NCBI GenBank assembly: GCA_964584225.1
Contig: CAZOZG010000001.1
Location: forward strand, 21,652 to 85,651
Source of the DNA: an uncultured Candidatus Saccharibacteria bacterium
Lineage (GTDB): Bacteria; Patescibacteriota; Minisyncoccia; Phycocordibacterales; UBA2100
Direction: 5' to 3'
DNA: 64,000 nucleotides
The position numbers were made by a program, and so were the translations under genes. Position 1 is the first letter of the stretch. The number at the start of each line of letters is the position of its first letter. This document shows, in pieces, positions 1-9,372 of this stretch. Under the pieces are notes generated by a model that saw only the letters and a list, made by a program, of their open reading frames with translations, was not told where the DNA came from and did no database searches.

Positions 1-8
1 AAAATCAT

Positions 9-1208
9 ATGGCAGGAGAATTCAACCGAAGTAAGCCGCACGTCAACGTCGGCACCATCGGTCACGTCGACCACGGCAAGACCACGCTCACTGCAGCGAT
101 CTTGAATGTGCTCAACAAGGCCGGCAATGGATACTCGGCGACCGTCAAAGGCGTCGATGATATCGACAAGGCGCCTGAGGAAAAGGCGCGTGGTATTACG
201 ATCTCGCTCTCACACTCTGAGTACGAGACACCGAAGCGTCACTACGCGCACGTCGATGCGCCTGGTCACGCCGACTACATCAAGAACATGATTACAGGTG
301 CTGCGCAGATGGATGGAGCAATCCTTGTCGTTGCAGCAACTGACGGCGTGATGCCGCAGACGCGTGAGCACATTCTTCTCGCACGCCAAGTCGGCGTGCC
401 GAAGATCGTTGTCTTCCTCAACAAAGTAGACATGGTCGACGACAAAGACCTCGTCGATCTCGTCGAAGAGGAAGTCCGCGAGCTTCTCACGAAGCAAGGA
501 TTCGATGGTAAGGCCGCACCGGTCATCCGCGGATCCGGTCTCAAGGCTCTTGAGAATCCGGCACCGGGAAATGAATGGAGCGATAAAGTCATGGAGCTTG
601 TGAAAGCGCTTGATGAGTACATTCCAGAACCTGTCCGCGAACTCGACAAGCCGTTCTTGATGGCAATCGAAGACGTCTTCTCGATCGAGGGTCGTGGCAC
701 AGTGGTCACCGGCCGCATCGACCGCGGTATCATCAAAGTCGGTGAGGAAGTGGAAATCATCGGTATCAAGGATACGGTAAAGACGACCGTCACCGGCGTC
801 GAAATGTTCAACAAATCACTTCAGCAAGGTCAGGCCGGCGACAACGCGGGCGTGCTTTTGCGCGGAACGAAGAAAGAAGACGTGCACCGCGGCCAAGTCT
901 TGGCGAAGCCAGGCGCCACGAAGCCGCACACTGAATTCGAATCAGAAGTCTATATTCTGACGAAGGAAGAGGGTGGCCGTCACACACCGTTCTTCTCGGG
1001 CTACAAGCCGCAGTTCTACGTCCGAACGACAGACGTCACTGGTGAAGTGACGCTCAAGGAAGGCGTGGAAATGGTTATGCCGGGCGACACCGTCACTTTC
1101 AAGGTGAAGCTCGTCGGTCCGATCGCGCTTGAAGACCAGATGCGTTTCGCCATCCGCGAGGGTGGTAAAACAGTGGGCGCAGGCGTGGTAACGAAAATTG
1201 TTGCCTAA
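9..1208 (+). CDS. tuf: translation elongation factor Tu
   Basis: 399-aa ORF with [10 protein letters not shown]-loop and DAPGH switch II; full-length EF-Tu architecture. Confidence 0.97.
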   Translation: MAGEFNRSKPHVNVGTIGHVDHGKTTLTAAILNVLNKAGNGYSATVKGVDDIDKAPEEKARGITISLSHSEYETPKRHYAHVDAPGHADYIKNMITGAAQMDGAILVVAATDGVMPQTREHILLARQVGVPKIVVFLNKVDMVDDKDLVDLVEEEVRELLTKQGFDGKAAPVIRGSGLKALENPAPGNEWSDKVMELVKALDEYIPEPVRELDKPFLMAIEDVFSIEGRGTVVTGRIDRGIIKVGEEVEIIGIKDTVKTTVTGVEMFNKSLQQGQAGDNAGVLLRGTKKEDVHRGQVLAKPGATKPHTEFESEVYILTKEEGGRHTPFFSGYKPQFYVRTTDVTGEVTLKEGVEMVMPGDTVTFKVKLVGPIALEDQMRFAIREGGKTVGAGVVTKIVA

Positions 1209-1230
1209 CCTCTCGAACAAAAAAGTGCAC

Positions 1231-1262
1231 ACACCGGCCGCCCGAAGGGCGGCCGGTGTCGT
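1231..1262 (+). terminator. GC-rich hairpin after tuf (acaccggccgccc-gaag-ggcggccggtgt)
   Basis: 12-13 bp perfect stem directly after the tuf stop; U-tract weak. Confidence 0.5.
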
Positions 1263-1621
1263 ATACTTTGAGCATGAATTGGAGAGCTTTTGCGATGTCG
1301 TTTGGCGTTTCAATAAGCATTTTCGTTGTGTTGTTTCTGTGGATGCTCTTGGTATTGAATCAGCCGTGCCAACAAGGATCGCCATCAGATTGCGAGGCAG
1401 AAGGAATGGCAGCTGAACTCACTCTTTTTTTTGGTGGAGCCGTTTTGGTGGTCGGAGGTCTCGTCATTTCGCTTGTGAGTGCAGTTCTGTCAGGCGTTGT
1501 AGCAAAACGCAAAGAAAAAGCAACTGGCATTACGATTCTTTTGAGTCATATTGCGGTTTACACCTTCTTTGGAGTCGTTTGTGTAGTTATTGGATTTTAC
1601 CTGCTGCTACGTTTCCTCTAA
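1256..1621 (+). CDS. hypothetical small membrane protein
   Basis: 121-aa ORF with 3 predicted hydrophobic helices; start uncertain. Confidence 0.3.
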   Translation: MSYTLSMNWRAFAMSFGVSISIFVVLFLWMLLVLNQPCQQGSPSDCEAEGMAAELTLFFGGAVLVVGGLVISLVSAVLSGVVAKRKEKATGITILLSHIAVYTFFGVVCVVIGFYLLLRFL

Positions 1622-1796
1622 AGGAAAAAGGTGTCAGGTACCATTTTCTCGGCTCAAGACGATTGGGGAGATGGGGTCTGACCCCTCAGAAATGAATAAG
1701 TTGTGGCGTAATCATTCTCTCTCAACCACGCAACTGTTTGCTCGGCTCAAACGGATTGAGTTGTGTGAATTGGTGCTGTGCTATACTCTCCAAGCT

Positions 1797-2096
1797 ATGG
1801 CAAAGGTAAAGAACGAGACAGGGGAAATACTTGAAATCGTAAATTTCATCAAGGATCATATGGTGACAAACATGGCCACTAAGGACGAACTAGGTGAGTT
1901 TCGCTCGGAGGCGAATGAGCGATTTTTTGAGATTAATGGTCGACTTGTATCGATCGAACAAGATCTTAAGGACATCAAGCGTCGAATCACAACTCTTGAG
2001 GACAAACTCGAAAAGCATCGCGTCGTGACGAAAGACGAGCTCGATGAGGTCTGGAAACATGTCGCGGCAATCGAGAAGCACTTAAAGATGCATTGA
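1797..2096 (+). CDS. hypothetical coiled-coil protein
   Basis: Internal ATG at 1797 preceded by a TATACT -10-like box; Glu/Lys-rich coiled-coil-like composition. Confidence 0.35.
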   Translation: MAKVKNETGEILEIVNFIKDHMVTNMATKDELGEFRSEANERFFEINGRLVSIEQDLKDIKRRITTLEDKLEKHRVVTKDELDEVWKHVAAIEKHLKMH

Positions 2097-2157
2097 CTTC
2101 AGCGCCGGCGTTGTCACAAAGATCGTCACTTAATTTCGGACGAAGGTTCGAAAGCAG

Positions 2158-2184
2158 AAAACCCGCCGCAAGGCGGGTTTTCTC
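2158..2184 (+). terminator. rho-independent terminator (aaaacccgcc-gcaa-ggcgggtttt)
   Basis: Perfect hairpin plus T-tract; near-identical copy at 5442-5468. Confidence 0.6.
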
Positions 2185-2200
2185 ATGCCATACTTTGCAT

Positions 2201-2748
2201 ATGGAAGAGATCAAAAAATCGATCGACCAAAGCCCGTACACAAAAGATTTACCAGAAAAGCGCAGAGAATCGCTCGCAGAGTTAGCGGTTTTCGTTCGCG
2301 AACTTCAAAAGCAATATCATGTGCGCGGACATGGAATCTCGACCGAACAAGAAGCAAAAAGTATTCAAGAGCACGGCCTCCATACCAAATGGTCTGCACT
2401 CCAAGACCTCACTCATGCGCTCGAGAAAGACGAGGCGAGAGTTGCACGTCAAGTGACGTACTGGATTTTGAAGCCCGAGAATACGTTGTCCTTATCGCGG
2501 TGCCTGTGCACGACGACTATATGGCGTCAGATGTTGCCGACGAAGATCGAGATGGATGGGTAAATCGCGAGCGATCAAAGAAATTTGCGCGAGCACATGT
2601 GTTTGAACCTGCCGAGCAGCCGGAAGGGATCCGTGTGCCTGAGGGCACAAACAAACGAATTCCATCCGAGAAGATAATTGGATACTGGGATGACAAAGAG
2701 GGGAAGCTCCACATCAACCCGACCTGGCAAGCAGCCCAAGCTTTGTAA
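2201..2748 (+). pseudogene. hypothetical gene with apparent frameshift, or two overlapping small genes
   Basis: Frame 2 (2201-2563) is protein-like only until about residue 90. Frame 1 is protein-like from about 2470 to 2748. The two frames switch plausibility near 2455-2475. Confidence 0.3.
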
Positions 2749-2813
2749 CCAAAATCGTCGCTTACGTAAAGCGATTTGGTATACTGTCCCGCACTATCAA
2801 ATAAATTTCTCGT

Positions 2814-3515
2814 ATGGCCAAATCAGGACGTCCGTGGACGGTGGGTGCGCACTCTGAGCTGAAGCAGATCGACGACAATCTCTGGACAGTCGAAGACGTG
2901 TTCGCTCAAGGGATACATCGCCGAATGTGCATCATCAAGCGCTCGGATGGCGCTCTTACCTTTTTTCACGCGGTACCTGTCGATGACGCGACGCTCGCGA
3001 AGATTCGCGCGCTCGGGCAACCAAAATACATCGTCGTCGGCCACGAGCAACACACGGTGGATACGCGTGCCTTTCAAGAAAAACTCGGCCTTTCGGCATA
3101 CGGTCCGAAAAAGCTCGCCGAGGCGCTCAGAAAAAGATTCAATCTCACCGGCGCCCTTGAAGATATCCCCGCTGATCCGTCGATAGAGTACATCGAGACG
3201 CCCGGATCAAAGAAGGGCGAGACGACGTTGCTCGTAAAAAGCGGTGGCGGCTCGCGGGTGAGCATTCTCACTTCAGATGTACTCCAGAATAATCCGCAGA
3301 ATCTTCGACTTATGTTCCGCTTGCTCGGTTTTGCTGGCGGGCCAAAAGTCGTCCCGGTCTACCGCATGCTCTTTACCTCCGACAAAAAAGTCCTCAAAGA
3401 CACGCTTGTGAAATGGGCTGCCATGCCGGGCTTGAAGCGCCTCGTACCCTTCCACGGCATTATCGTCGAAGACGGGGTGAGCGAGGCAATCAAGAAAGCC
3501 GCATCAGCACTATGA
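2814..3515 (+). CDS. hypothetical protein (233 aa)
   Basis: Clean ORF with protein-like composition; no signal peptide; family not recognised with confidence. Confidence 0.5.
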   Translation: MAKSGRPWTVGAHSELKQIDDNLWTVEDVFAQGIHRRMCIIKRSDGALTFFHAVPVDDATLAKIRALGQPKYIVVGHEQHTVDTRAFQEKLGLSAYGPKKLAEALRKRFNLTGALEDIPADPSIEYIETPGSKKGETTLLVKSGGGSRVSILTSDVLQNNPQNLRLMFRLLGFAGGPKVVPVYRMLFTSDKKVLKDTLVKWAAMPGLKRLVPFHGIIVEDGVSEAIKKAASAL

Positions 3516-3943
3516 AGTCCGTCAAAACGAAAAACATCAAGCAAGTCGTGCTGTTCAAAGCGTCACCCCGTGAGCTCTATGCGATGCTCATGGATTCCAA
3601 AAGTCACGCGAAATTTACGGGCGAGAGCGCAAAGATGAGCAAAAAGATTGGCGCGAAATTTACCGCCTACGGCGGCTACATCACCGGCAAAAATCTCAAG
3701 CTGAAGCCCAGTCGCTTGATCGTCCAGGAGTGGCACATGAAAGGCTGGCCCACTGGCCACGCATCGAAAGTGATGTTTCTTTTCACAAAGACGAAAGATG
3801 GCACGAAGCTCACCTTTGGTCACACCGGCGTGCCTGCGACTAGCTACAAAGGCATCAACAGTGGGTGGAAGGAATCGTATTGGGACAAAATGAAAGTTGC
3901 GCTTGGCGAAAAGAAGGCGTCGAAGAAAAAGCGAGCCATGTAG
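3512..3943 (+). CDS. SRPBCC/Aha1-like (activator of Hsp90 ATPase homolog) domain protein
   Basis: 143-aa ORF overlapping the upstream stop by ATGA. Sequence pattern (ELYAMLMDSKSHAKFTG...GGYITGKNLKLKPSRLIVQEW) is typical of the AHSA1/SRPBCC family. Confidence 0.5.
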   Translation: MKSVKTKNIKQVVLFKASPRELYAMLMDSKSHAKFTGESAKMSKKIGAKFTAYGGYITGKNLKLKPSRLIVQEWHMKGWPTGHASKVMFLFTKTKDGTKLTFGHTGVPATSYKGINSGWKESYWDKMKVALGEKKASKKKRAM

Positions 3944-3986
3944 CTCCAGTCGTAGCGAGATTTCGCACAAAGATTTGAGCGAAGAC

Positions 3987-4017
3987 AGCCCGCCTGATGG
4001 CGGGTTTTCTGATTTTG
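3987..4017 (+). terminator. rho-independent terminator (agcccgcc-tgat-ggcgggtttt)
   Basis: Hairpin plus T-tract after 3943. Confidence 0.55.
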
Positions 4018-4061
4018 TGGAATAGTTTGGCCACGTCGAAATCCCGCAGAAGGAGACAGAC

Positions 4062-4508
4062 ATGACTCTCGACGAGTTCGTTCAAGAGGCAAAAAGAAGG
4101 AAGATTGGCGACGGCACGGTAGTCATCGATGCTCGCACGTACGCGTTCGACATCCTGCCCGCGAGCTTCCAGCCAGCAATACCGTTCTTCGTCGGGTATC
4201 CGATGGACTACCTCTTCATATCCGATGAGGTGCCGGAGCAGTATCGCATGGCAGCTCTTGCTCATGAGATCCTGTGCGAACGCTTTAGATTGAGTGGCGA
4301 TCACGCGCACTGCGAGCGCGCAGTGGCGGAAGAGATGAAGTACATCCCGGCCGATGCCGACAGGGATTACTACATTTCGCTGCGGCTCAAAATGTTCGAC
4401 TCTCTCATCGAGGTGTACGAGCGGGATGGTCAACATGATTCCGCCCGGCAAATGGTCGCACCACGCGATGCGTTCAAAGCCATGGTCGGAAAGCGATCAA
4501 TCCAATGA
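4062..4508 (+). CDS. hypothetical protein (148 aa)
   Basis: ORF preceded by an aaggaga SD. Confidence 0.45.
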   Translation: MTLDEFVQEAKRRKIGDGTVVIDARTYAFDILPASFQPAIPFFVGYPMDYLFISDEVPEQYRMAALAHEILCERFRLSGDHAHCERAVAEEMKYIPADADRDYYISLRLKMFDSLIEVYERDGQHDSARQMVAPRDAFKAMVGKRSIQ

Positions 4509-4531
4509 AGGCGACATTCGTCGCTTATCCG

Positions 4532-4565
4532 AAAGCCCCGGTCTTCGCCGGGGCTTTGCTTTTCG
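4532..4565 (+). terminator. rho-independent terminator (aaagccccgg-tcttcg-ccggggcttt)
   Basis: 10-bp stem plus T-rich tail. Confidence 0.55.
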
Positions 4566-4626
4566 CTTCCGCGATAGTGTGCTATCAATTCCCGAGCCAT
4601 CAAATAGATAGGAATAGGAGAAGAGG

Positions 4627-5331
4627 ATGCAAAGAGCAACTTCGCTCGGTGACATCACGCGAAGCGTGATGTGCATATCAAACTTCCGCCCCGGAGTGGG
4701 CCTCGATGCCTCAGGGACGGCGTGGTTCCTCAGGCCCACCGTCGTCGTGACTGCCGCGCATACTGCCTCAGGTATGAGCATGTGCCGTGAGTGGCAGCCG
4801 ATTTTGTGCAGGCACGTTGATAAAGGTGGTTCGAAGGAAGTCGCGTCTCTCAACGCCGCGCGGCTCATGAGTGTCGGGAGTCAACGCATTACTCCCGAAA
4901 CGAAGTGGCCTGTGGCTGCGACGATGTACGATGACATCGCACTTCTGGAGCTCCAGGAAGAAGTCCCTCACGCGCACATGCTCGCAGTGGAGCACGAACT
5001 TCCACCTGTGGGTACTCGCGTCGGCTGCGTCGGTTTCCCGCACGGGCAAATGGCTTTGGCGGTTGGCGAAATATTCGAATATGAATCGGGGCAGCCTCTC
5101 GCCATGAGGTTGAATCTCGGGCTCCAGGGGATCGCACCGACCGTGATGCGTTTCGGATCTTCGGGGGCGCCAATAGTGGGCCGGCGGGGTCGCGCCGTCG
5201 CGGTGCTCACGGGCTTGTGCGAGCCAGACGATCCTTTCGAACTTCTCTTCTCGCTCAGACCGAAACCGACGAACTTTGCGATTCACATCTCGCTGATCAC
5301 GCCTCTACTGCAGGAGCTGGGGCTGGGGTGA
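4627..5331 (+). CDS. trypsin-like serine peptidase (S1 family), no signal peptide
   Basis: Putative catalytic triad context: TAAH (His), DIALLEL (Asp) and GSSGAPIV (Ser). An aggagaagagg SD precedes the ATG. Confidence 0.6.
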   Translation: MQRATSLGDITRSVMCISNFRPGVGLDASGTAWFLRPTVVVTAAHTASGMSMCREWQPILCRHVDKGGSKEVASLNAARLMSVGSQRITPETKWPVAATMYDDIALLELQEEVPHAHMLAVEHELPPVGTRVGCVGFPHGQMALAVGEIFEYESGQPLAMRLNLGLQGIAPTVMRFGSSGAPIVGRRGRAVAVLTGLCEPDDPFELLFSLRPKPTNFAIHISLITPLLQELGLG

Positions 5332-5441
5332 GGTGAATCCACGAACATACCAAAAGGCATCGCCCCGCGCGCATGCCTTTTGTTTTTTTTCAATAACGCA
5401 CTAAAATCGTCGCTTAAGCGAAGAGGGAAGCCTCTTTCAAG

Positions 5442-5468
5442 AAAACCCGCCGCAAGGCGGGTTTTCTA
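5442..5468 (+). terminator. rho-independent terminator, repeat of the 2158 hairpin
   Basis: aaaacccgccgcaaggcgggtttt; lies between the two S1 peptidase genes. Confidence 0.55.
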
Positions 5469-5502
5469 CAGGTTGAGTGTCTGCTATAGTTTTCATCCCA
5501 GT

Positions 5503-6642
5503 ATGAATGACATACCAATATCTACTCGGTGGTTAAACGAAGCTGCTGACACCACAAATCAGTCAATTGCTCAAAATGTTTATCTGATCCATTGTCCCAA
5601 AACGCAAAGCAAGGGCACTGGTTTCGTGATCCCGACTGGTCATATTGTAACCAACTGGCACGTTATTAAAGATTGCGGAGCTAATGAGATAAAAGCCATA
5701 TCAACCAACGGTACGCAAATCGACTTTTCGAGCCTCATTGCAGACGAAAACCGAGATCTCGCTGTTCTCAAACCAACCATAGATTTAGGAGGTGGTTTAG
5801 AAATCCATGACGAAACCGAAAAAGTTCAAACAAAAGTATTAACGTGGGGACACCCGCTCGCATATAACGGACCTTCTCCGATTCTTTCCGTAGGCTACAT
5901 CGCTGGTTTTAATGAATACAAGAAAAATGCAACTGCGCCCGTGGTTAAGCGGTACGTCATCAACGGAGCCTTTAATCCTGGAAACTCAGGCGGACCTCTC
6001 CTCGCGGATCGAACAGCTAAAGTTGTTGGTGTGGTAGTTGCAAAACACGCGCCGATTCCGGATTTTCTACAGGCTGCTCTCGATGCCCTCAACAATAACA
6101 AGTCAGGATTCATGTACACAGCTTCGCATAATGGCGTGAGTAAAGGCTCGTTCTCTGAGGCTCAGCTAGTCGGCATGCTGCTGGATCATCAAAGAAAACT
6201 GACTCAGGTGATGATTGGAGAGGCCATATCCAGCTCTGAGCTGATAGCTTTTCTACAAGAAAGCAAAATTTTTCCCGAGAATAATGATATTCGTGGCTTG
6301 TCGGCAATATTTACGCGGTTTCTGAATTCAGTCTCAGACTTGACTGACAAATTTTATGATACTTTCGGGTTGTTTCTTGTTGTCGGGGGAAGTTTGCTGG
6401 CAGCAATGGCTATAGGCGAATTTCCAGGTCACTCAAGAATAGGCACTGATTCTGGCGAATACAGCATCATCGTAATGAAGCATCCAGTTTGGTTAAAATT
6501 GGGACTCATCGCCGTTGTGGTTGGATTTATCGTTCAGCTTTCGGACAACCTGATGACTGTTCATAAATTAGGTGGAAAAAGACTTTACTGGGCTTTAGGT
6601 GCCCTGTTAGTTTATTTGATACTTTTTGTAATGGCGAATTAG
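5503..6642 (+). CDS. trypsin-like serine peptidase (S1 family) with C-terminal transmembrane region; low-GC gene
   Basis: TNWHV (His), DLAVLK (Asp) and GNSGGPLL (Ser) motifs; two C-terminal hydrophobic helices; conspicuously AT-rich compared with neighbours; no SD. Confidence 0.55.
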   Translation: MNDIPISTRWLNEAADTTNQSIAQNVYLIHCPKTQSKGTGFVIPTGHIVTNWHVIKDCGANEIKAISTNGTQIDFSSLIADENRDLAVLKPTIDLGGGLEIHDETEKVQTKVLTWGHPLAYNGPSPILSVGYIAGFNEYKKNATAPVVKRYVINGAFNPGNSGGPLLADRTAKVVGVVVAKHAPIPDFLQAALDALNNNKSGFMYTASHNGVSKGSFSEAQLVGMLLDHQRKLTQVMIGEAISSSELIAFLQESKIFPENNDIRGLSAIFTRFLNSVSDLTDKFYDTFGLFLVVGGSLLAAMAIGEFPGHSRIGTDSGEYSIIVMKHPVWLKLGLIAVVVGFIVQLSDNLMTVHKLGGKRLYWALGALLVYLILFVMAN

Positions 6643-6693
6643 TCTAAATCGGCGATTACGAAAACTGTAAGTTCAATTTGGTATAGTGGCGGG

Positions 6694-7149
6694 ATGAATA
6701 TTCTCAAACAATGGGTGTGGCCGGTGGTGGCGGGGTTTGTGGTGGCGTCGATAATCATGCTGATTTTTGAATGGATCAATCATTATTTGTTTCCGTTGCC
6801 GGGAGGACTGGACCCGATGGATACGGCTGCAGTGCAGGCTTTTACCGCATCCTTGCCGTGGACGGTGTACATTCTCGTATTTGTCGGCTGGGCATTCGGC
6901 GCATTTGAAGGCGGCTGCACGACCGCGTGGCTCGGGAAGGGTAAGCAAATTCAACTGGTATCGGTGCTTGCCGCGATCTTGGTGGCGGCCGGCACATTCG
7001 ACATGACCGTACTCGGATTCCCCATGATTGCAATAGTCCTCGGCATCCTCGTCCTTGCGGCTTTTCCATACCTTGGCCGCCTCGCGATGAATACCTTTAT
7101 GAAAAGAAAAATGGCAGCGATGGCGGCGACCAATACTTCACAAGTATAA
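6694..7149 (+). CDS. hypothetical integral membrane protein
   Basis: 151 aa with 4 hydrophobic helices. Confidence 0.45.
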   Translation: MNILKQWVWPVVAGFVVASIIMLIFEWINHYLFPLPGGLDPMDTAAVQAFTASLPWTVYILVFVGWAFGAFEGGCTTAWLGKGKQIQLVSVLAAILVAAGTFDMTVLGFPMIAIVLGILVLAAFPYLGRLAMNTFMKRKMAAMAATNTSQV

Positions 7150-7154
7150 AAAGG

Positions 7155-7188
7155 AAAGACCGCGGCGAGATTCGCCGCGGTCTTTGTC
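7155..7188. terminator. bidirectional hairpin (gaccgcggcga-gat-tcgccgcggtc)
   Basis: Sits between convergent genes 6694-7149 (+) and 7194-7574 (-). Confidence 0.5.
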
Positions 7189-7193
7189 GGGGA

Positions 7194-7574
7194 TTACGAA
7201 GCCTTGTTCAATTGCACAGCTGCATTGTGCACGAGGCAGATGTTGGGAATGAGACCCGAAAGCAGCATCTCGCGCGGAGACTTATTGCCGAGCTCCGCAA
7301 GCGGTGCTCTGAGCCATTCTGTCAGCGGCTTGCGCTTGTTGAAACGCCGATCAAGCTGTTCCCGGATGTCGATAATGGTGCCGACGAGTTGGATCTCGCT
7401 CATCACGGGGCAATGAAGCAGTTCCGTTTTCACCGCTCCGAGTTCGGACTTTCGCCTGATCCGTTCGAAAAAGACGCGTGCGATCTGGGTCGGCGCGAAG
7501 CCGAGGTGCTTGAGGGATTCGAATGCAGTATCGATACGATTTGCAAACGACACTTTGGGGGTACGTGCTGGCAT
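7194..7574 (-). CDS. Xre-like/DUF2384-like (antitoxin ParS/MbcA-type C-terminal domain) protein, module copy 1
   Basis: C-terminal W...LGNKSPREMLLSG pattern resembles the DUF2384 domain. An aaggagag SD precedes the start. Paralog of 12971-13408. Confidence 0.5.
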   Translation of the reverse strand: MPARTPKVSFANRIDTAFESLKHLGFAPTQIARVFFERIRRKSELGAVKTELLHCPVMSEIQLVGTIIDIREQLDRRFNKRKPLTEWLRAPLAELGNKSPREMLLSGLIPNICLVHNAAVQLNKAS

Positions 7575-7590
7575 GGTGATCTCTCCTTTT

Positions 7591-7615
7591 TGCCGGTCTG
7601 CACCCTAGCACAAAA
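7591..7615 (-). promoter_or_regulatory. conserved upstream motif copy a (tgccggtctgcaccctagcacaaaa)
   Basis: One of four near-identical ~22-nt motifs placed 25-40 nt upstream of each module gene. It contains an extended -10-like TGcTAGGGT on the minus strand. Confidence 0.45.
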
Positions 7616-7707
7616 TCTTTTTTTAAGAAATGAGCCAGCACGCGTACAAAGGAACGGCCGCGCGGTGAAAACCGCGCGGCTCTGATATGTCGATCGCCAA
7701 GTCGTTC

Positions 7708-7797
7708 TTAGCCGATGAGGTCGAAATAGTTGATCACGGTGAGCACGACCACTACAACCGCGACGAGGAACAAAAAGAATTTCACACACCCTGGCAT
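7708..7797 (-). CDS. 29-aa hydrophobic micropeptide (MPGCVKFFLFLVAVVVVVLTVINYFDLIG)
   Basis: Starts 2 nt after the stop of the CPFC membrane-protein gene, with an aaggag SD inside that gene's 3' end. A positional homolog exists in module copy 2. Confidence 0.3.
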   Translation of the reverse strand: MPGCVKFFLFLVAVVVVVLTVINYFDLIG

Positions 7798-7799
7798 GG

Positions 7800-8117
7800 C
7801 TACTTCTTCTCCTTGAAGTTGGGAATCGTCTGGATGGTTACGCCACTTATGATTGCTGCGACACCGACAACCGCAGCCAGAGATACAAGCACGTCGATGA
7901 CAAAAAACACGCGTAAGACCACTGGCCGGTAGATCACGATCAGTGGGAAGGCGACCCAATAGCTCGTACAGAACGGGCAACTGAGGAACGATTTGGGACC
8001 GAATTTTTTGGTGAACCAGTCCCGGAGCGGCTCACCGATATCAGCTTTCGTCAGGGTGACAGAAATCGCTGACACGGCGAAACCAAGGTAGATGATACCG
8101 ATGAACTGATCAATCAT
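7800..8117 (-). CDS. small 3-TM membrane protein with CPFCTSY motif (DUF1360-like), module copy 1
   Basis: About 105 aa; about 50% identical to 12531-12872; conserved SCPFCTS(Y/F) and IYRP motifs. Family assignment is from memory. Confidence 0.5.
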   Translation of the reverse strand: MIDQFIGIIYLGFAVSAISVTLTKADIGEPLRDWFTKKFGPKSFLSCPFCTSYWVAFPLIVIYRPVVLRVFFVIDVLVSLAAVVGVAAIISGVTIQTIPNFKEKK

Positions 8118-8133
8118 GATCGAGACCCTCTCT

Positions 8134-8157
8134 TCCGACCGGCACCCTACCATAAAA
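8134..8157 (-). promoter_or_regulatory. conserved upstream motif copy b (tccgaccggcaccctaccataaaa)
   Basis: Same motif family as 7591, 12889 and 13424. Confidence 0.45.
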
Positions 8158-8199
8158 CGTGTTTTCGAGAAATCGGGAACCATTTGTTACAATCCGCGC

Positions 8200-8631
8200 A
8201 TGGCAGCAGTAAAGACGCATGTGACGAAGACGAGCCTCGCGAAATATATCGCGAGTATTCCAGACGCTGTGCGACGCGCCGAGGCGAAGAAGGTCGCCGC
8301 GCTTCTGCAGGCGATCACCAAAGAAAAGCCGACTGTGTGGAGCAACGGTATGGTCGGGTACGGCATGTACCACTTCAAATCGGAGCACACGTCGCACGAG
8401 GGCGATTGGCCGATGGCCGCCTTTTCCGCGCGCAAAGCCAACATCAGCATCTATCTCATGGGCGGGATGGGCGCTGCGAAAAAGCAGGGCGCACTTTTGA
8501 AAAAGCTCGGGCCGCACACGGCTTCGAGCGGCGGATGCGTCTATATCAAGCGTTTGGATAAAGTTGACATGAGCGTCCTCAAGAAAGTGATCGCAGCGGG
8601 TTACGCCGACATGAAAAAGAAATACGGCTGA
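8200..8631 (+). CDS. DUF1801 (YdhG-like) domain protein
   Basis: 143 aa; WSNGMVGYG...ISIYLMGG pattern typical of DUF1801; TACAAT -10-like box upstream. Confidence 0.5.
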   Translation: MAAVKTHVTKTSLAKYIASIPDAVRRAEAKKVAALLQAITKEKPTVWSNGMVGYGMYHFKSEHTSHEGDWPMAAFSARKANISIYLMGGMGAAKKQGALLKKLGPHTASSGGCVYIKRLDKVDMSVLKKVIAAGYADMKKKYG

Positions 8632-8632
8632 T

Positions 8633-8860
8633 ATGAAAAAACTCCCGGCGTGGACGCACAAGCTCATCATGCCAGCGCTCCTTACGTTTATCATGACCGC
8701 AATCGTCTGCGCGCTCGCGACGATTCGCGCCGCAGGAGCGAACGCGACGATCGGGCTGTGGTTTGGCTCGTGGATGTTTGCGTGGGCCGTCGCGTTTCCG
8801 ACGGTACTCGTCGTCCTTCCGCTTCTCAACACATTCCTCAAGCTCATCATCGAAGACTAG
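8633..8860 (+). CDS. DUF2798-like small membrane protein
   Basis: 75 aa and 2 TM; pattern MKKLP...FIMT.IV...AFPTVL as in DUF2798. Confidence 0.45.
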   Translation: MKKLPAWTHKLIMPALLTFIMTAIVCALATIRAAGANATIGLWFGSWMFAWAVAFPTVLVVLPLLNTFLKLIIED

Positions 8861-8918
8861 CCGTGTCCTCGGGTGAGCTTTCTGTGCTATGCTCTCGGCA
8901 TATTCATAATTTTTTGCT

Positions 8919-9362
8919 ATGGCGAAAAATAAAACATTTCTCATCGGGGTCACGGTAGTCTCGGCAGTTGTCACGTTTCTTTTGAGTCCCGTTATTTGGC
9001 CCAATTATCCGGACATGATGATAGTGCCGGGTGCCGCGCAGCTGCCATATCTCATGGCGGTTGCCGCAATTGAATCAATCGCATTCGGCGTCGGCGTCGC
9101 ATTTCTTCTCTCGCTCTGGGGATCCATGCACGGCCGCGGTACGTGGGATTGGCTTACGTATCTTTCGGTCGTGTGGCTTCTCGTATCGTGGTGGCCGCAT
9201 GACAATCTCCATCGCACGATGATGATGGGAGATTATTGGCAGCTTGTGAGGATCGAGTGGGGTTTTCATGTGACCTTGATCGCGGCTGGCGTCATCGTTG
9301 CGTCGTTCGTCTGGAAGCGATTCGGGATGCAGGGCATGACACAACCCAATACTTCGGTATAG
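8919..9362 (+). CDS. hypothetical integral membrane protein
   Basis: 147 aa, multiple hydrophobic segments. Confidence 0.4.
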   Translation: MAKNKTFLIGVTVVSAVVTFLLSPVIWPNYPDMMIVPGAAQLPYLMAVAAIESIAFGVGVAFLLSLWGSMHGRGTWDWLTYLSVVWLLVSWWPHDNLHRTMMMGDYWQLVRIEWGFHVTLIAAGVIVASFVWKRFGMQGMTQPNTSV

Positions 9363-9372
9363 TGGCGACACT

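Noticed and set aside
5380-5502. N-terminal extension of the ORF-finder call 5380-6642
   Set aside because: The extension spans a strong terminator hairpin (5442-5468) and has junk composition. The catalytic domain begins after the internal ATG at 5503.
7687-7932. Plus-strand ORF (81 aa) overlapping the CPFC membrane-protein gene, with a similar ORF at 12430-12687
   Set aside because: Both are antisense shadows of the two paralogous minus-strand genes. Their similarity to each other only reflects conservation of the real genes on the opposite strand.
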